A DNA stretch of 64,000 nt, from positions 2,729-66,728 of the forward strand of contig JBDKIN010000202.1 in the NCBI GenBank assembly GCA_039797095.1, in the 5' to 3' direction. Both the position numbers and the translations under genes were made by a program. The notes below the pieces were generated by a model that worked only from the letters and a program-made list of their open reading frames with translations, did no database searches and was not told the origin of the DNA. This document shows positions 35,337 to 46,388 of this stretch, one piece after another. The stretch comes from Verrucomicrobiota bacterium (GTDB taxonomy: Bacteria > Verrucomicrobiota > Verrucomicrobiia > Opitutales > UBA953). Position 1 is the stretch's first letter; every line of letters starts with the position of its first letter.

Positions 35337-36170
35337 TTACTTCTTCTCGGCGGCCGTCGGGGCCTTGGCTTCGATGGCCTTCTTCTCTTCCTCGGTGATC
35401 TGGATGGAGAGACGGGCTTCGGAGGGCAGGGTGATGGCTTCGGCGTTGAAGTCGAAACCGCGGGCCTTCTTGAACTCTTCGAGGCTCTGGGAGAGGTCGT
35501 CCTGGATTTCCTTGATGGCCTTCTCGACCTTCTTCTTGTCGTCGTCCTTGGTCAGCTTGGGCTGGAGGTCGATGAGCTGCTGGAGCTGGGCCTTGGCGTC
35601 GGTGATGCGCTTGAGGGCGAGGCCGAAGGTCTCGACTTCGACCTGACCGGAGACGGTGTCGCGGATCTGGAACTTCTTCTCGCCGGTGGAGATGATGGTG
35701 TCCGGCTTGAAGTCCTTGGCGGCCGAGATCTTGGCGAATTCTTCGTTGGAGATCGGGGTGGCGATCACGGCCTTGGTCGCGACGAACTGGTAGGGGCGCT
35801 CGATGCTGAAGCCGTTATAGAGCTTGGTCATCGACTCGTTGTCGCCCTTGAGCTTGGCGGTCTTGGCCGCGATGTCGTGGCCGCGGGCTTCCTTCTCGGG
35901 GGTGGTGAGGGCGTTATCGAGGAAGATCTGCAGGCGCTTAAGCTCTTCGACCTGCTGGCCCAGGACCTGGATGTTCTTCTGGAAGTTGAGGCACTCGGCG
36001 ATGTTCTTGCCGACCCAGACTTCGGCGAAGTAAGCCTTCGGCTCGGACTTGGCGCCACCGGAGAGCTTGACCTCAGGGGCCGGCGCGGCGGCCTTGGTGT
36101 CGGCCGGCTTCGCTTCCTGAGCATTCAGGGAGACGCAGAGAGCAGCCAGGAGGAGCGAGAACTTGTTCAT
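35337..36170 (-). CDS. Hypothetical coiled-coil protein, paralog B (signal peptide)
   Basis: Internal ATG 36170 gives MNKFSLLLAALCVSLNAQEA. Paralogous to 34458..35303. Confidence 0.6.
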   Translation of the reverse strand: MNKFSLLLAALCVSLNAQEAKPADTKAAAPAPEVKLSGGAKSEPKAYFAEVWVGKNIAECLNFQKNIQVLGQQVEELKRLQIFLDNALTTPEKEARGHDIAAKTAKLKGDNESMTKLYNGFSIERPYQFVATKAVIATPISNEEFAKISAAKDFKPDTIISTGEKKFQIRDTVSGQVEVETFGLALKRITDAKAQLQQLIDLQPKLTKDDDKKKVEKAIKEIQDDLSQSLEEFKKARGFDFNAEAITLPSEARLSIQITEEEKKAIEAKAPTAAEKK

Positions 36171-36238
36171 GGGAGTGGGGAGGGAGGTTCGAACATAGGC
36201 AAAGCCTAGGCATGGACTACCAAAAAATCGTCTGGACC

Positions 36239-37057
36239 TCACTTTTTCGGAGGCAGGAGGGCCCGATCGATCACTTTGGTCAGGTCCACCCTTTCGGCTT
36301 CCTTTTGGAGGACCTCGTCCGCCAGCACCGCCCGGACCTTTGGATGGTCAATAAAACCACTTAAGTCATTATTGTTCAACAACTCACGAACTTTTTTATC
36401 TTCCCAGGCCTGGTAAAGAGTGGGGTGGGCGGCTAGGGCCCGGATTTCGGGTTGAGCCATCAGACGTCGGCGTGCTTCGGGCTCGGCCATGAGCTGGCGG
36501 GTCTGCCGAATCAGGGTCCGTTGCTCGTCGGGGATGGGCGACCAGTCTTTGAGGTCTCGGGTCAGGGGCGTCGCGGCGAGCTCGTCGCGCACGGCGACCG
36601 TCCAGTGGCTGGCCGGGGCCCCGGGGCGGGCGAGCAGATCGTAGACCGAAGCGACTGCGGCGATGATGCCGACCAGCAGCAGGAAGTAGAGGGTGCCCGT
36701 CCAACAGCCGACGAGGGCTCCGAGCACGGGGTTCTCGGCTTCGTCCTGGCCCTCGGGGGTCCGTCCCAGGCGCCAGAGCAAGGCATAGCTGAGCAGGCCG
36801 GTCATGCAGGCGAGGCCCACCACGCCGGTGATGCCGCGGAGCATCCAAGGGTAGGAGGTGCCTTGCAGCAGGGCGTGGCCGAGTTCGCCGCCGAAGAGCC
36901 AGCCGCTGAGCTGTCCGATGGTGAGGGCCGCGGGGCCGGCGAGCTGGCGGAGCGGTCCGCGACGATAGCCGCGCCAGGCTCCCCGGATCATGAGCGCGGC
37001 GAGGATCCCGGTCGCGATCCAGAGCGTCGGCGAGAAGGCGGCGAGTTCGGTCGGCAT
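36239..37057 (-). CDS. CvpA-family membrane protein with C-terminal soluble domain
   Basis: Four TM helices with a CvpA-like N-terminus (IATGILAALMIRGAWRGYRRGPLRQL). ATGA-type overlap with the upstream kinase gene. Confidence 0.6.
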   Translation of the reverse strand: MPTELAAFSPTLWIATGILAALMIRGAWRGYRRGPLRQLAGPAALTIGQLSGWLFGGELGHALLQGTSYPWMLRGITGVVGLACMTGLLSYALLWRLGRTPEGQDEAENPVLGALVGCWTGTLYFLLLVGIIAAVASVYDLLARPGAPASHWTVAVRDELAATPLTRDLKDWSPIPDEQRTLIRQTRQLMAEPEARRRLMAQPEIRALAAHPTLYQAWEDKKVRELLNNNDLSGFIDHPKVRAVLADEVLQKEAERVDLTKVIDRALLPPKK

Positions 37058-38163
37058 CAGCGTTCGCCGAGCACCTTGCGGATGGCGGGTTCGCGGGCTT
37101 CGATGCTCTCGGCGAGTTTGAACTGCACCAGCGCGCGGCGCAGGTTGTGGCCGGGGTAGCGGACCTTGAAATAGACGTCGCCGGCGAGGTGGTCGGCCAG
37201 GAAGCGAAGCCCCAGCTCAAGCGGGATCAGGTGGATGCAGTCGAACAGGTGGCGGTGGTCGGCCGGGCTCAGGAAGTCCTGCGCATGGGCCTGATAACCC
37301 CTGTAAAACATGGTGAAAAGATCGAGGTCGAAGACCACCGAACCCAGCTCGGGCGCGTCTTCTCCGGCCGGGTTGCACACCGAGCGCGTGGCGTCGCCGA
37401 TGTCATAATGCACCAGCCCGGGCTGCACGGTATCGAGGTCGACGATGCACGTGCCGCGGCCGGTGGCCTCGTCGATCATGATGTTGCCGACCTTGGGGTC
37501 GCCGTGCGTCGTGCGCAGGGCGAGGTCGCCGCGGGCGCGGGCTTCTTCGAGCACCGCGCAGCGGGCGCGCCGGGCCTCGACGAAGCGCACGGCGCGTTTG
37601 GCTTCGACGGAGGCGTTCAGGCGCTCCTGTCCGCCGGGCGTGGCGAGGGCGGCGTCCATCTTCGCGAGGTAGCCCGGCGTGACGTGGAAGCCGGGCAGGG
37701 CGTAGCCGAGCTTCTCCGCGGGCAGGTCGCTGACCATGCGATGGAAGTGGCCGAGCACGATGCCCGCTTCGTGGGCGTGCTCCGGGTTGCGGACTTTCTC
37801 GTAGGCCTGCGCGCTGGCGATCTGCGAGATCGCTCGCCACAGGTCGCCGTCGGCGTCCGTCACCCAGTCTTCGCCCGACTTCGTCTGGATGATCTTGGGA
37901 AGCTGCCAGATGCGGTCCGCGCCTTCCGCTTCGTGCTCGAGCTTGGCGTGACAATGGTCGGTGAGCACGCGCATGTTCTGCATGATCACTTCCGGCTGCG
38001 GGAAGACCGCCTTGCGGATGCGCTGCACGATGAAGCGCTGTTCCGAGAAGGTCGTCCGGAAGATCGCGAGGTACGTGTCGTTGACGTTGCCCGAACCATA
38101 GGGTTCGACGGTCACGAGCCGTCCTTGGACGTCGAACTGGCGGGCGATCAGGGCGGCTCGCAT
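37057..38163 (-). CDS. Aminoglycoside-phosphotransferase-fold kinase (NahK / N-acetylhexosamine 1-kinase-like)
   Basis: Brenner-type catalytic motif HGDPKVGNIMID followed by IVDLDT. Size and layout fit the APH/NahK family. Confidence 0.65.
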   Translation of the reverse strand: MRAALIARQFDVQGRLVTVEPYGSGNVNDTYLAIFRTTFSEQRFIVQRIRKAVFPQPEVIMQNMRVLTDHCHAKLEHEAEGADRIWQLPKIIQTKSGEDWVTDADGDLWRAISQIASAQAYEKVRNPEHAHEAGIVLGHFHRMVSDLPAEKLGYALPGFHVTPGYLAKMDAALATPGGQERLNASVEAKRAVRFVEARRARCAVLEEARARGDLALRTTHGDPKVGNIMIDEATGRGTCIVDLDTVQPGLVHYDIGDATRSVCNPAGEDAPELGSVVFDLDLFTMFYRGYQAHAQDFLSPADHRHLFDCIHLIPLELGLRFLADHLAGDVYFKVRYPGHNLRRALVQFKLAESIEAREPAIRKVLGER

Positions 38164-38273
38164 GGGGCTAGACCCACCTTTGCCTTAATTTTCCCCGCTG
38201 GCGAGGGCATTTCCCCTGACGCCAAGGCTTGATTTCCGCCTCGGGCCGCCCATGTTCTTCCTTCCTCTGCGCC

Positions 38274-38349
38274 GCCACCTTAGCTCAGCTGGTAGAGCAT
38301 CTCATTCGTAATGAGAATGTCGCCGGTTCAAATCCGGCAGGTGGCTCCA
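38274..38349 (+). tRNA. tRNA-Thr (anticodon CGT)
   Basis: Manual cloverleaf: acceptor GCCACCT/AGGTGGC, D arm GCTC-AGCTGGTA-GAGC, anticodon arm TCTCA-TTCGTAA-TGAGA. T arm GCCGG-TTCAAAT-CCGGC, encoded CCA. Confidence 0.92.
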
Positions 38350-38411
38350 GCGCAGGGGGCTTTTTCGTCCGACCGTTTGCCCGTCCGGACTTTTCTTCCA
38401 CCCTCCACGTC

Positions 38412-39371
<960 letters not shown>

Positions 39372-39421
39372 TCGGCTGACGGCTTGCCTGCTCAGGGTGG
39401 CCGTCTTACGGTCACTTTCAC

Positions 39422-39499
39422 GAGGGGGTAGCTCAGTTGGATCAGAGCAGCAGCCTTCTAAGCTGCGGGTCGCGGGTTCGAGTCCCGCCCTCCTCACCA
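39422..39499 (+). tRNA. tRNA-Arg (anticodon TCT)
   Basis: Manual cloverleaf: acceptor GAGGGGG/CCTCCTC (one GU pair), D arm GCTC-AGTTGGATCA-GAGC, anticodon arm GCAGC-CTTCTAA-GCTGC. T arm GCGGG-TTCGAGT-CCCGC, encoded CCA. Confidence 0.9.
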
Positions 39500-39511
39500 C
39501 TTTTCGCCGTC

Positions 39512-40354
39512 ATGTCCGCCGCCCCTTACCATCTCGCGGATCGCGAGGTCGGCGTCGGCGTCCTGAGCGCACTGGAAGTCGAAGCGGGTCTAGCCACCGG
39601 GCGCCTCTCCGCGGCGACCCTCTCTTGGCGCGAAGGCGAGGCCGCCTGGATGCCGCTGGGCGCGCGTCCGGAATTCGCGTCCGCGGTCGGGGCCTTCCGC
39701 ACGCTCGTGCCTCCGCCGGCGCTCGCTTTCGACGCATCATCCGAGCCGTGGCCAGGTTGGGTGGCTTGGGCGCAGACCATGCGTGCGATTTGGCGCGCGC
39801 CGCGCAGCGTTTTCCGACCTACGACGGAAACTGCCGGCCTAGGGCGATCCGTCGAGTGGTTGGCCATCTCCGCATTCCTGGTCGCCCCGTTCCTTTACGC
39901 GCAGCTGGCTTACACGGGCGGAGTGGCGTCAGAAATCCTCCTCTGGTCGGCCTCGGATAATCCCGTTGTTCCGCCCACTCGGCTGGACCTCGGACGCTTC
40001 GCCGCGTTCCTCGTGGGATTCCCTCTCGTCATGCCCGCCGCGGCCTTCGGAGGCGCGTGCCTCATGCATGCCGTGCTCGTCATGTTCGGCGGAGGCAAGG
40101 CAGGCCTGCGCGTGACCTTCCGCCTCGTGGCCTACGTCGGAGGCGCGATGCTGATGCCGGCGATCGTCCCATGCGGCTGGTTGCTCTCGCCTTTGCTGAC
40201 CGTCGCCTACTTGTCGGTGGCTCTGCCGACGGCCCACCGCGAATCCGCTTGGAAACCCATCCTGGCCTTGGCGGTCGCGGGCTTCGGCGCTGGCTGCGTG
40301 GCCGTGGCCTTCATGGCCCTGGCGATCTGGCCCTTCTTCCGGCCGATGGGCTGA
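39512..40354 (+). CDS. GYF_2 (DUF4339)-like N-terminal domain + Yip1-like multi-pass membrane protein, paralog 1
   Basis: Internal ATG 39512, 13 nt after tRNA-Arg. N-terminus ...LSWREGEAAWMPLGARPEF matches the GYF_2 pattern. About 5 TM helices. Confidence 0.6.
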   Translation: MSAAPYHLADREVGVGVLSALEVEAGLATGRLSAATLSWREGEAAWMPLGARPEFASAVGAFRTLVPPPALAFDASSEPWPGWVAWAQTMRAIWRAPRSVFRPTTETAGLGRSVEWLAISAFLVAPFLYAQLAYTGGVASEILLWSASDNPVVPPTRLDLGRFAAFLVGFPLVMPAAAFGGACLMHAVLVMFGGGKAGLRVTFRLVAYVGGAMLMPAIVPCGWLLSPLLTVAYLSVALPTAHRESAWKPILALAVAGFGAGCVAVAFMALAIWPFFRPMG

Positions 40355-40400
40355 GCGGGGCTAGGCTTGCGAGGGAGGTCGCTCCGCCTATCAAAGACCT

Positions 40401-40571
40401 ATGCAGATTCACGTCGCCCGTCACCAACAGCAGCTCGGGGTCTTCGCCGCCGCGGACATCCTCGCCGGCTTGTCTTCCGGCCGCTTCCTTCCCTCCGACC
40501 TCGCCTGGCGCGAGGGCATGGCCGTGTGGACGCCCCTCGGCGACTGGGCCGAGTTCCGCGGCGCCGGCGTA
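40401..40571 (+). repeat. Approx 171-nt direct repeat copy 1 (second copy 41256..41426), the GYF-domain-coding 5' ends of paralogs 2 and 3
   Basis: Nucleotide-level similarity is visible by eye across the first 57 codons of both genes. Confidence 0.75.
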
Positions 40572-41249
40572 CCGCCTTCTCCTTCCGGTCTTGCGCAGCC
40601 TGCGGACGCCCCTGCCATGCCGTCCTGGGAGCGTGGTGCCTCGTTGGGCAACTTCATCGCGACCATCAAGGAGGTCGCCCTCGATCCGGTACGGACCTTC
40701 GCGAACCTGCGCGACGGTGGCTACGCCCGCCCGATCTCCTTTACCTATTGGTCGCTGCTGCCGGCCTGGCTCTGCGGCAGCCTGCTCTACGGCGCGCTCT
40801 TCGGCTTCATGGCGACGGTGGGCGCCGCCGCTTTGCCCCGCGCCGACGATCCTTTTTCGACTTGGATCGCCGGCGTCGGTCCGCTCGTGGCCGCCTTGGC
40901 GATCTCCGCTTTCCTGGGCGTATTCTTCCTTTTCGTGCCTCTCTTCAATTTCGTCGGCGCCGGCATCACCTACCTGCTGCTGCTGCCTTGGGGTCCCTCC
41001 GGCGGCTACGCGCAGACCTATCGCGCCAATGCTTACGCCTATGGGGCGTTCATGCCCTTCGCCTTCATCCCTTGCCTCAATTACGTCGCCATGCCGTGGC
41101 AGCTGGTGGCGGCCATCATCGCCCATTCGCAGGTCCACCGGATCGCTTGGTGGAAGGTCACGATCTCGCTCGTCGTGATCCCTTGCCTTTGCGTCTGCGG
41201 AATCTATGCGATGTTGTTCGCGGTCGTCGCCAAGAACTTCGCGGGCTGA
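40401..41249 (+). CDS. GYF_2 (DUF4339)-like + Yip1-like membrane protein, paralog 2
   Basis: MQIHVARHQQQLGVF...LAWREGMAVWTPLGDWAEFRGAG, followed by a multi-pass membrane domain. Confidence 0.65.
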   Translation: MQIHVARHQQQLGVFAAADILAGLSSGRFLPSDLAWREGMAVWTPLGDWAEFRGAGVPPSPSGLAQPADAPAMPSWERGASLGNFIATIKEVALDPVRTFANLRDGGYARPISFTYWSLLPAWLCGSLLYGALFGFMATVGAAALPRADDPFSTWIAGVGPLVAALAISAFLGVFFLFVPLFNFVGAGITYLLLLPWGPSGGYAQTYRANAYAYGAFMPFAFIPCLNYVAMPWQLVAAIIAHSQVHRIAWWKVTISLVVIPCLCVCGIYAMLFAVVAKNFAG

Positions 41250-41255
41250 TTTTCC

Positions 41256-42140
41256 ATGCAGATCCACGTCGCCCGCAATTCCGCCCAGCTCGGAGTCTTC
41301 TCCTCGGAAGAGGTCGGCGCCGGCCTCTCCTCCGGCCGCTTCCTCGCCTCCGACCTCGCTTGGCGCGACGGCATGGCCGCATGGACGCCGCTCGGCGACT
41401 GGCCGGAGTTCCGCGGTGCGGGCGTGACGTCTTCGCCGGGAGAGATTTCCGCGCCTGCGTCGGCCGCTTCGCCGATCCCTTGGGAGCAGGGCAAATCCCT
41501 GGGAGCTTTCTTCGCGACGATCAAGCATGTGGTCTCAAGCCCGTCTTCGCTCGCCTCCGGCCGATTCGCCTTCGGGGATTGGCTGACCTTCTGCTACGTC
41601 GGCATCCTGTTTTCCTTGCCGTTCCAGTTGTTCGCCCTGCTGGCCTACGGCGACAAGAACGTCCAGGTCGGCCAGTTCCTCGAGCGCCTGAATATCCCGG
41701 GGCTGAACGAGGTCGCCCAGCAGATGATCCAAGCTCCGCCCGCGCCGGTCGCCTTCACGCTCATCGGCGCGGTCATCGGCCTCGCCTTCGCGCCGCTCAT
41801 CTACGCTTTCATGGGCGTCCTCCATTGGCTGGGTCAGCGTGTCTTCCGCTATCAGGTGCCGCTCGAGCGGACGGTGGCCATCTCCCTGCTGACGACTGCC
41901 GCGGTCGTCGTGCTGACGGCCCCGCTCCAGTTCCTCGGCTTCAGCCTCGTCACGCAGATGAGCGTCACCTTCGTGACCTTCGTGCCTGTGTGCGTGATCT
42001 ATTTCCGCGCCCTCGGCGCCGCCACGGGCATCAATCCATGGGCCCAGTTCGGCATCTCCTGCTTCGTGTGGTCCGTGGTGTGCGGTTGTTGCTGCTTCCT
42101 TCCGGGCATCCTTCTCTGGGCTGCGGCGGTCACGCGCTGA
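41256..42140 (+). CDS. GYF_2 (DUF4339)-like + Yip1-like membrane protein, paralog 3
   Basis: MQIHVARNSAQLGVF...LAWRDGMAAWTPLGDWPEFRGAG, then a multi-pass membrane domain and a Cys-rich C-terminus (CGCCCF). Confidence 0.65.
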   Translation: MQIHVARNSAQLGVFSSEEVGAGLSSGRFLASDLAWRDGMAAWTPLGDWPEFRGAGVTSSPGEISAPASAASPIPWEQGKSLGAFFATIKHVVSSPSSLASGRFAFGDWLTFCYVGILFSLPFQLFALLAYGDKNVQVGQFLERLNIPGLNEVAQQMIQAPPAPVAFTLIGAVIGLAFAPLIYAFMGVLHWLGQRVFRYQVPLERTVAISLLTTAAVVVLTAPLQFLGFSLVTQMSVTFVTFVPVCVIYFRALGAATGINPWAQFGISCFVWSVVCGCCCFLPGILLWAAAVTR

Positions 42141-42143
42141 TCG

Positions 42144-42566
42144 GTGTTCCGGCTGATCCGCAGACCTGCCTATCCGGGCGAGCTCAACCACGAGCTCGTC
42201 TGGCCGGCCGTGTTCCTGTCCGGCGCGGTCTTCGCCTGGGGTTGGTTCCTGTCCGGGTTGCAGCTGCCGCAATGCTTCTTCATCCGCCTGACCGGGCTGC
42301 CTTGCCTGGGCTGCGGCGGCACGCGCTGCGCCCGCAATCTGGTGAACCTGGATTTCGGCCAGGCCTTCCTCTATCACCCCGGCTTCTTCTTGGTCGTCCT
42401 GCTGGCGTCCTTGTGGACGATCTACGCCGGACTCTTCTGGATTCGCCGAGATACGCTGCGGCTCCGCTTCTTCGTCGAGCCGACGCAGGTCCGCCGGTTC
42501 CGGGTGATGCTCATCCTCCTGCTTGCGGCCCACTGGGCCTGGCAGTGCTATTACCTGACGCGCTGA
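42144..42566 (+). CDS. DUF2752 domain-containing membrane protein
   Basis: GTG start 3 nt after the upstream stop. Hallmark LTGLPCLGCGGTRC motif, followed by TM helices. Confidence 0.8.
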   Translation: MFRLIRRPAYPGELNHELVWPAVFLSGAVFAWGWFLSGLQLPQCFFIRLTGLPCLGCGGTRCARNLVNLDFGQAFLYHPGFFLVVLLASLWTIYAGLFWIRRDTLRLRFFVEPTQVRRFRVMLILLLAAHWAWQCYYLTR

Positions 42567-42567
42567 G

Positions 42568-43515
42568 ATGATCCGCAACCTGCTCCGCTTCCTCGGCTGG
42601 GTCTGCCTGCTTGTCCTGCTCGCGTCGGGCATCCTCGCGCTGGTCTACTTCCTCTCGGAGCGTCCGCAGAAGGTCGCCATCGAGCAACGCGTGCTCGACG
42701 CCGTGGATACGGTGCGCGAGGACGGCACGACCCCGCGCAAGGTCGTCGATGTGCTGGATCGCTTCGCCGACCAGACCGTGGCCGTACGTGGCGACGTCGT
42801 CCTGGCGCCGCCGCCGGACTTGGCGGCCACCGCGCCCTACGGCGAGCCGACCGACCGATTCGGCCTGAAGCGCCTGCCGAATCGCGGCTACACGGTCGGT
42901 TACGATGACGGCCTACCGGCGCCGCGCTGGTCTTCCTATCGCGTCTTCCCCTTCAAGGACGTCCATCTCGAGCGGCCTTCCTCTTTCAAGTCCGACGTGC
43001 GCACCGCGGCACGTGTCACGACCTCGGAATACGTCCGTTCGGGCTTCGACCGCGGACATCTCGCGCCGAACTACGCGATCTCGGTCTGCTATGGCGAAGA
43101 GGCGCAGAAGGAGACTTTCCTCCTCAGCAATATCGTCCCGCAGCTGCACGCGCTCAACGCCGGCCTCTGGAAGGACATGGAGCAGCGCATCATGAAGCGG
43201 TATGTCGAGCGCTACGGCACCGTCTGGGTGCAGGTCGGGCCCGTCTTCGCCTCGCCCGCCGCGCAGAAGGTCGGCCGAGTCCCGGTGCCGACGTCTTTCT
43301 GGATGGTGATCTCCGATTACGACGAAGCCGTGGGCGGGATCCGCGCCATCGCCTATCTCGTCCCGCACGAGGAGAAGTGGCGCGATGCCGAGCTCACGCG
43401 CTATGTCGTCAGCATCCGCCGCGTGGAGGAGCTCACCGGCCTGGACTTCTTCCCGAAGCTGCCGCGGCCCGCGCAGGATCGTCTTGAATCAACGCCCGCG
43501 CCGCGCGCCTGGTGA
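42568..43515 (+). CDS. DNA/RNA non-specific endonuclease (NucA/EndoG beta-beta-alpha-Me family), membrane-anchored or exported
   Basis: N-terminal TM/signal helix. Catalytic DRGHLAPN motif and a downstream Asn (LSNIVPQ). Confidence 0.88.
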   Translation: MIRNLLRFLGWVCLLVLLASGILALVYFLSERPQKVAIEQRVLDAVDTVREDGTTPRKVVDVLDRFADQTVAVRGDVVLAPPPDLAATAPYGEPTDRFGLKRLPNRGYTVGYDDGLPAPRWSSYRVFPFKDVHLERPSSFKSDVRTAARVTTSEYVRSGFDRGHLAPNYAISVCYGEEAQKETFLLSNIVPQLHALNAGLWKDMEQRIMKRYVERYGTVWVQVGPVFASPAAQKVGRVPVPTSFWMVISDYDEAVGGIRAIAYLVPHEEKWRDAELTRYVVSIRRVEELTGLDFFPKLPRPAQDRLESTPAPRAW

Positions 43516-44439
43516 CGGCAGTTCGCGGCGGAGGTCCGCGGCGTGGATCAGGCAGACGCAGTCGGAACCGTCGGCCGTGGGCAGCCACATGATCGGCAGC
43601 TTGGGCCACGCCTGATGCATCGCCTTCTGCAAGCCCCCGACCTCGATGACGAGGATACCGTGCGGCTTCAGGGCTTCGCGCGCCTGGGTGAGCAGCTTGC
43701 GGATGACGTCGAGCCCGTCCTTGCCGGAGACCAGCGAGCCTTTCGGCTCCTTCTTGAATTCGGCGGGCAGGCGGCGGTAGATGCCTTCGGGTTCGTAAGG
43801 CGGGTTGCTGAGGATCAGGTCGAACTTCGGCCCCTTGGTGAGCGTCGTCATCGTGTCCGTCTCGTGCAGGGTGATCCGCTTGACGAGCCGGTGGTCGGCG
43901 ACGTTCAAGGCCGCGACCTCGAGGGCCTGCGCCGAAAGGTCGGTGGCGTGCACATGGGCCTTCGGGAAGCGCTTGGCGAGCAGGATGGCGAGGCAGCCCG
44001 AGCCCGTGCAGACGTCGGCGACGTCGGTCACCTGCGCGACGGGGGGCAGCCACTGCGGGATGGCTTCGGGGATGAGCTCGACAAAATACGAGCGCGGGAT
44101 GATCACGCGTTCGTCGACGCGGAAGCGGAGGCCGCCGAGCCACGTCTCGCCGACGAGGTAGCCGGTGGGCACGCGGTCAAAGACGCGGCGCTCGACGAGC
44201 GCGAGGAACGCGGCCTTCTCCTTGGCCGTCAGGGGGCGTTCGAAGCACGAGGGCAGCTGCTCCCAGGCCAGGCCCGTGGCGTGGCCCATGAGGGTGAGGG
44301 ATTCCTCCTCGGCGTTGACGAAGCCTTGGCCGTGCGCGACGCCGGCCGACTTGAAGAGCCGGTTGGCATGGCGTAAACAATCACCGCCCGTTCTGAGGCG
44401 GGCGGTGGCGGCGGGAGTCGGGCGCGGCGGGGCGCTCAT
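43489..44439 (-). CDS. prmB: HemK-family protein-(glutamine-N5) methyltransferase, PrmB (ribosomal protein L3)-like
   Basis: SAM motif DVCTGSGCLAI, NPPY motif LSNPPYEP, and FRVDERVIIPRSYFVELI typical of PrmB. 3' end overlaps the convergent nuclease gene by 27 nt. Confidence 0.65.
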   Translation of the reverse strand: MSAPPRPTPAATARLRTGGDCLRHANRLFKSAGVAHGQGFVNAEEESLTLMGHATGLAWEQLPSCFERPLTAKEKAAFLALVERRVFDRVPTGYLVGETWLGGLRFRVDERVIIPRSYFVELIPEAIPQWLPPVAQVTDVADVCTGSGCLAILLAKRFPKAHVHATDLSAQALEVAALNVADHRLVKRITLHETDTMTTLTKGPKFDLILSNPPYEPEGIYRRLPAEFKKEPKGSLVSGKDGLDVIRKLLTQAREALKPHGILVIEVGGLQKAMHQAWPKLPIMWLPTADGSDCVCLIHAADLRRELPSPGARRGR

Positions 44440-44457
44440 CGTCGGCGGCGAGGCCGC

Positions 44458-45834
<1,377 letters not shown>

Positions 45835-45850
45835 GCTCGGAAGTCGGTGC

Positions 45851-46324
45851 TCAGCTGACCTTCACGCGGAAGAGCGGCTGGCCGAATTCGACCGAGGTGC
45901 CGTTGGCGACCAGGCACTCGACCACCGTGCCGGAGATTTCCGACTGGATCTCGTTCATCACCTTCATGGCTTCGATGATGCAGACGACGGAGTCGGCCTT
46001 GATCGGGGAGCCTACGGTGACGAAGGGCGGGTTCTCAGGGGAAGGGGTGGCGTAATAGGTGCCGACCATCGGGGAGGTGACCAGCTTGATGCTGGGGTCC
46101 GCGGCGGCGGGGGCGGCCGGGGCAGGCGCCGCGGCCGCAGGGGCCGGGGTCGCCGCTACGGGGGCGGGGGCGGCCGCCACAGGGGCGGCCGGGGCGGCAA
46201 TCGGGGCGCGACCGGGGAGGTCACGCTTGATGCGCAGCTTGAAGTCCTGGTCCTGGATTTCGAACTCGGAAAGGTCCGACTTCTTCATCAAATCCACGAC
46301 TTGTTTAATCTTAATTAGGTCCAA
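45851..46324 (-). CDS. accB: Acetyl-CoA carboxylase biotin carboxyl carrier protein
   Basis: Ala/Pro linker and biotinylation motif EAMKVMNEI. Confidence 0.93.
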   Translation of the reverse strand: MDLIKIKQVVDLMKKSDLSEFEIQDQDFKLRIKRDLPGRAPIAAPAAPVAAAPAPVAATPAPAAAAPAPAAPAAADPSIKLVTSPMVGTYYATPSPENPPFVTVGSPIKADSVVCIIEAMKVMNEIQSEISGTVVECLVANGTSVEFGQPLFRVKVS

Positions 46325-46388
46325 GGTAATGTCCTCCGTGAGGGGGTGCGCCTCTCTGATACAGGGTATCAGGGGGGCAAATCAACCC

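Noticed and set aside
40367-42571. 734-aa ORF on the plus strand spanning the GYF/Yip1 paralogs. Similar very long ORFs: 16455..18530, 12457..14004, 26403..28358, 28249..30108, 31250..33496, 59603..61636, 61657..63639, 47584..49164.
   Set aside because: Their translations are Arg/Gly/Ala/Pro/Asp-rich low-complexity strings with no motifs. They lie out of frame or antisense to genes with clear family signatures. They are typical GC-rich shadow ORFs.
39422-43515. Genomic island integrated at tRNA-Arg (the GYF/DUF2752/nuclease cluster starts 13 nt after the tRNA).
   Set aside because: There is no integrase, recombinase or transposase gene. I saw no direct repeat of the tRNA 3' end downstream and no obvious compositional shift. 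It is more likely a native operon.
43489-43515. 27-nt overlap of the convergent 3' ends of the nuclease and prmB-like genes (also a 7-nt overlap of GT4 and LpxL-like at 7448-7454).
   Set aside because: Convergent 3' overlaps are common in compact GC-rich genomes. There is no independent evidence of antisense regulation.
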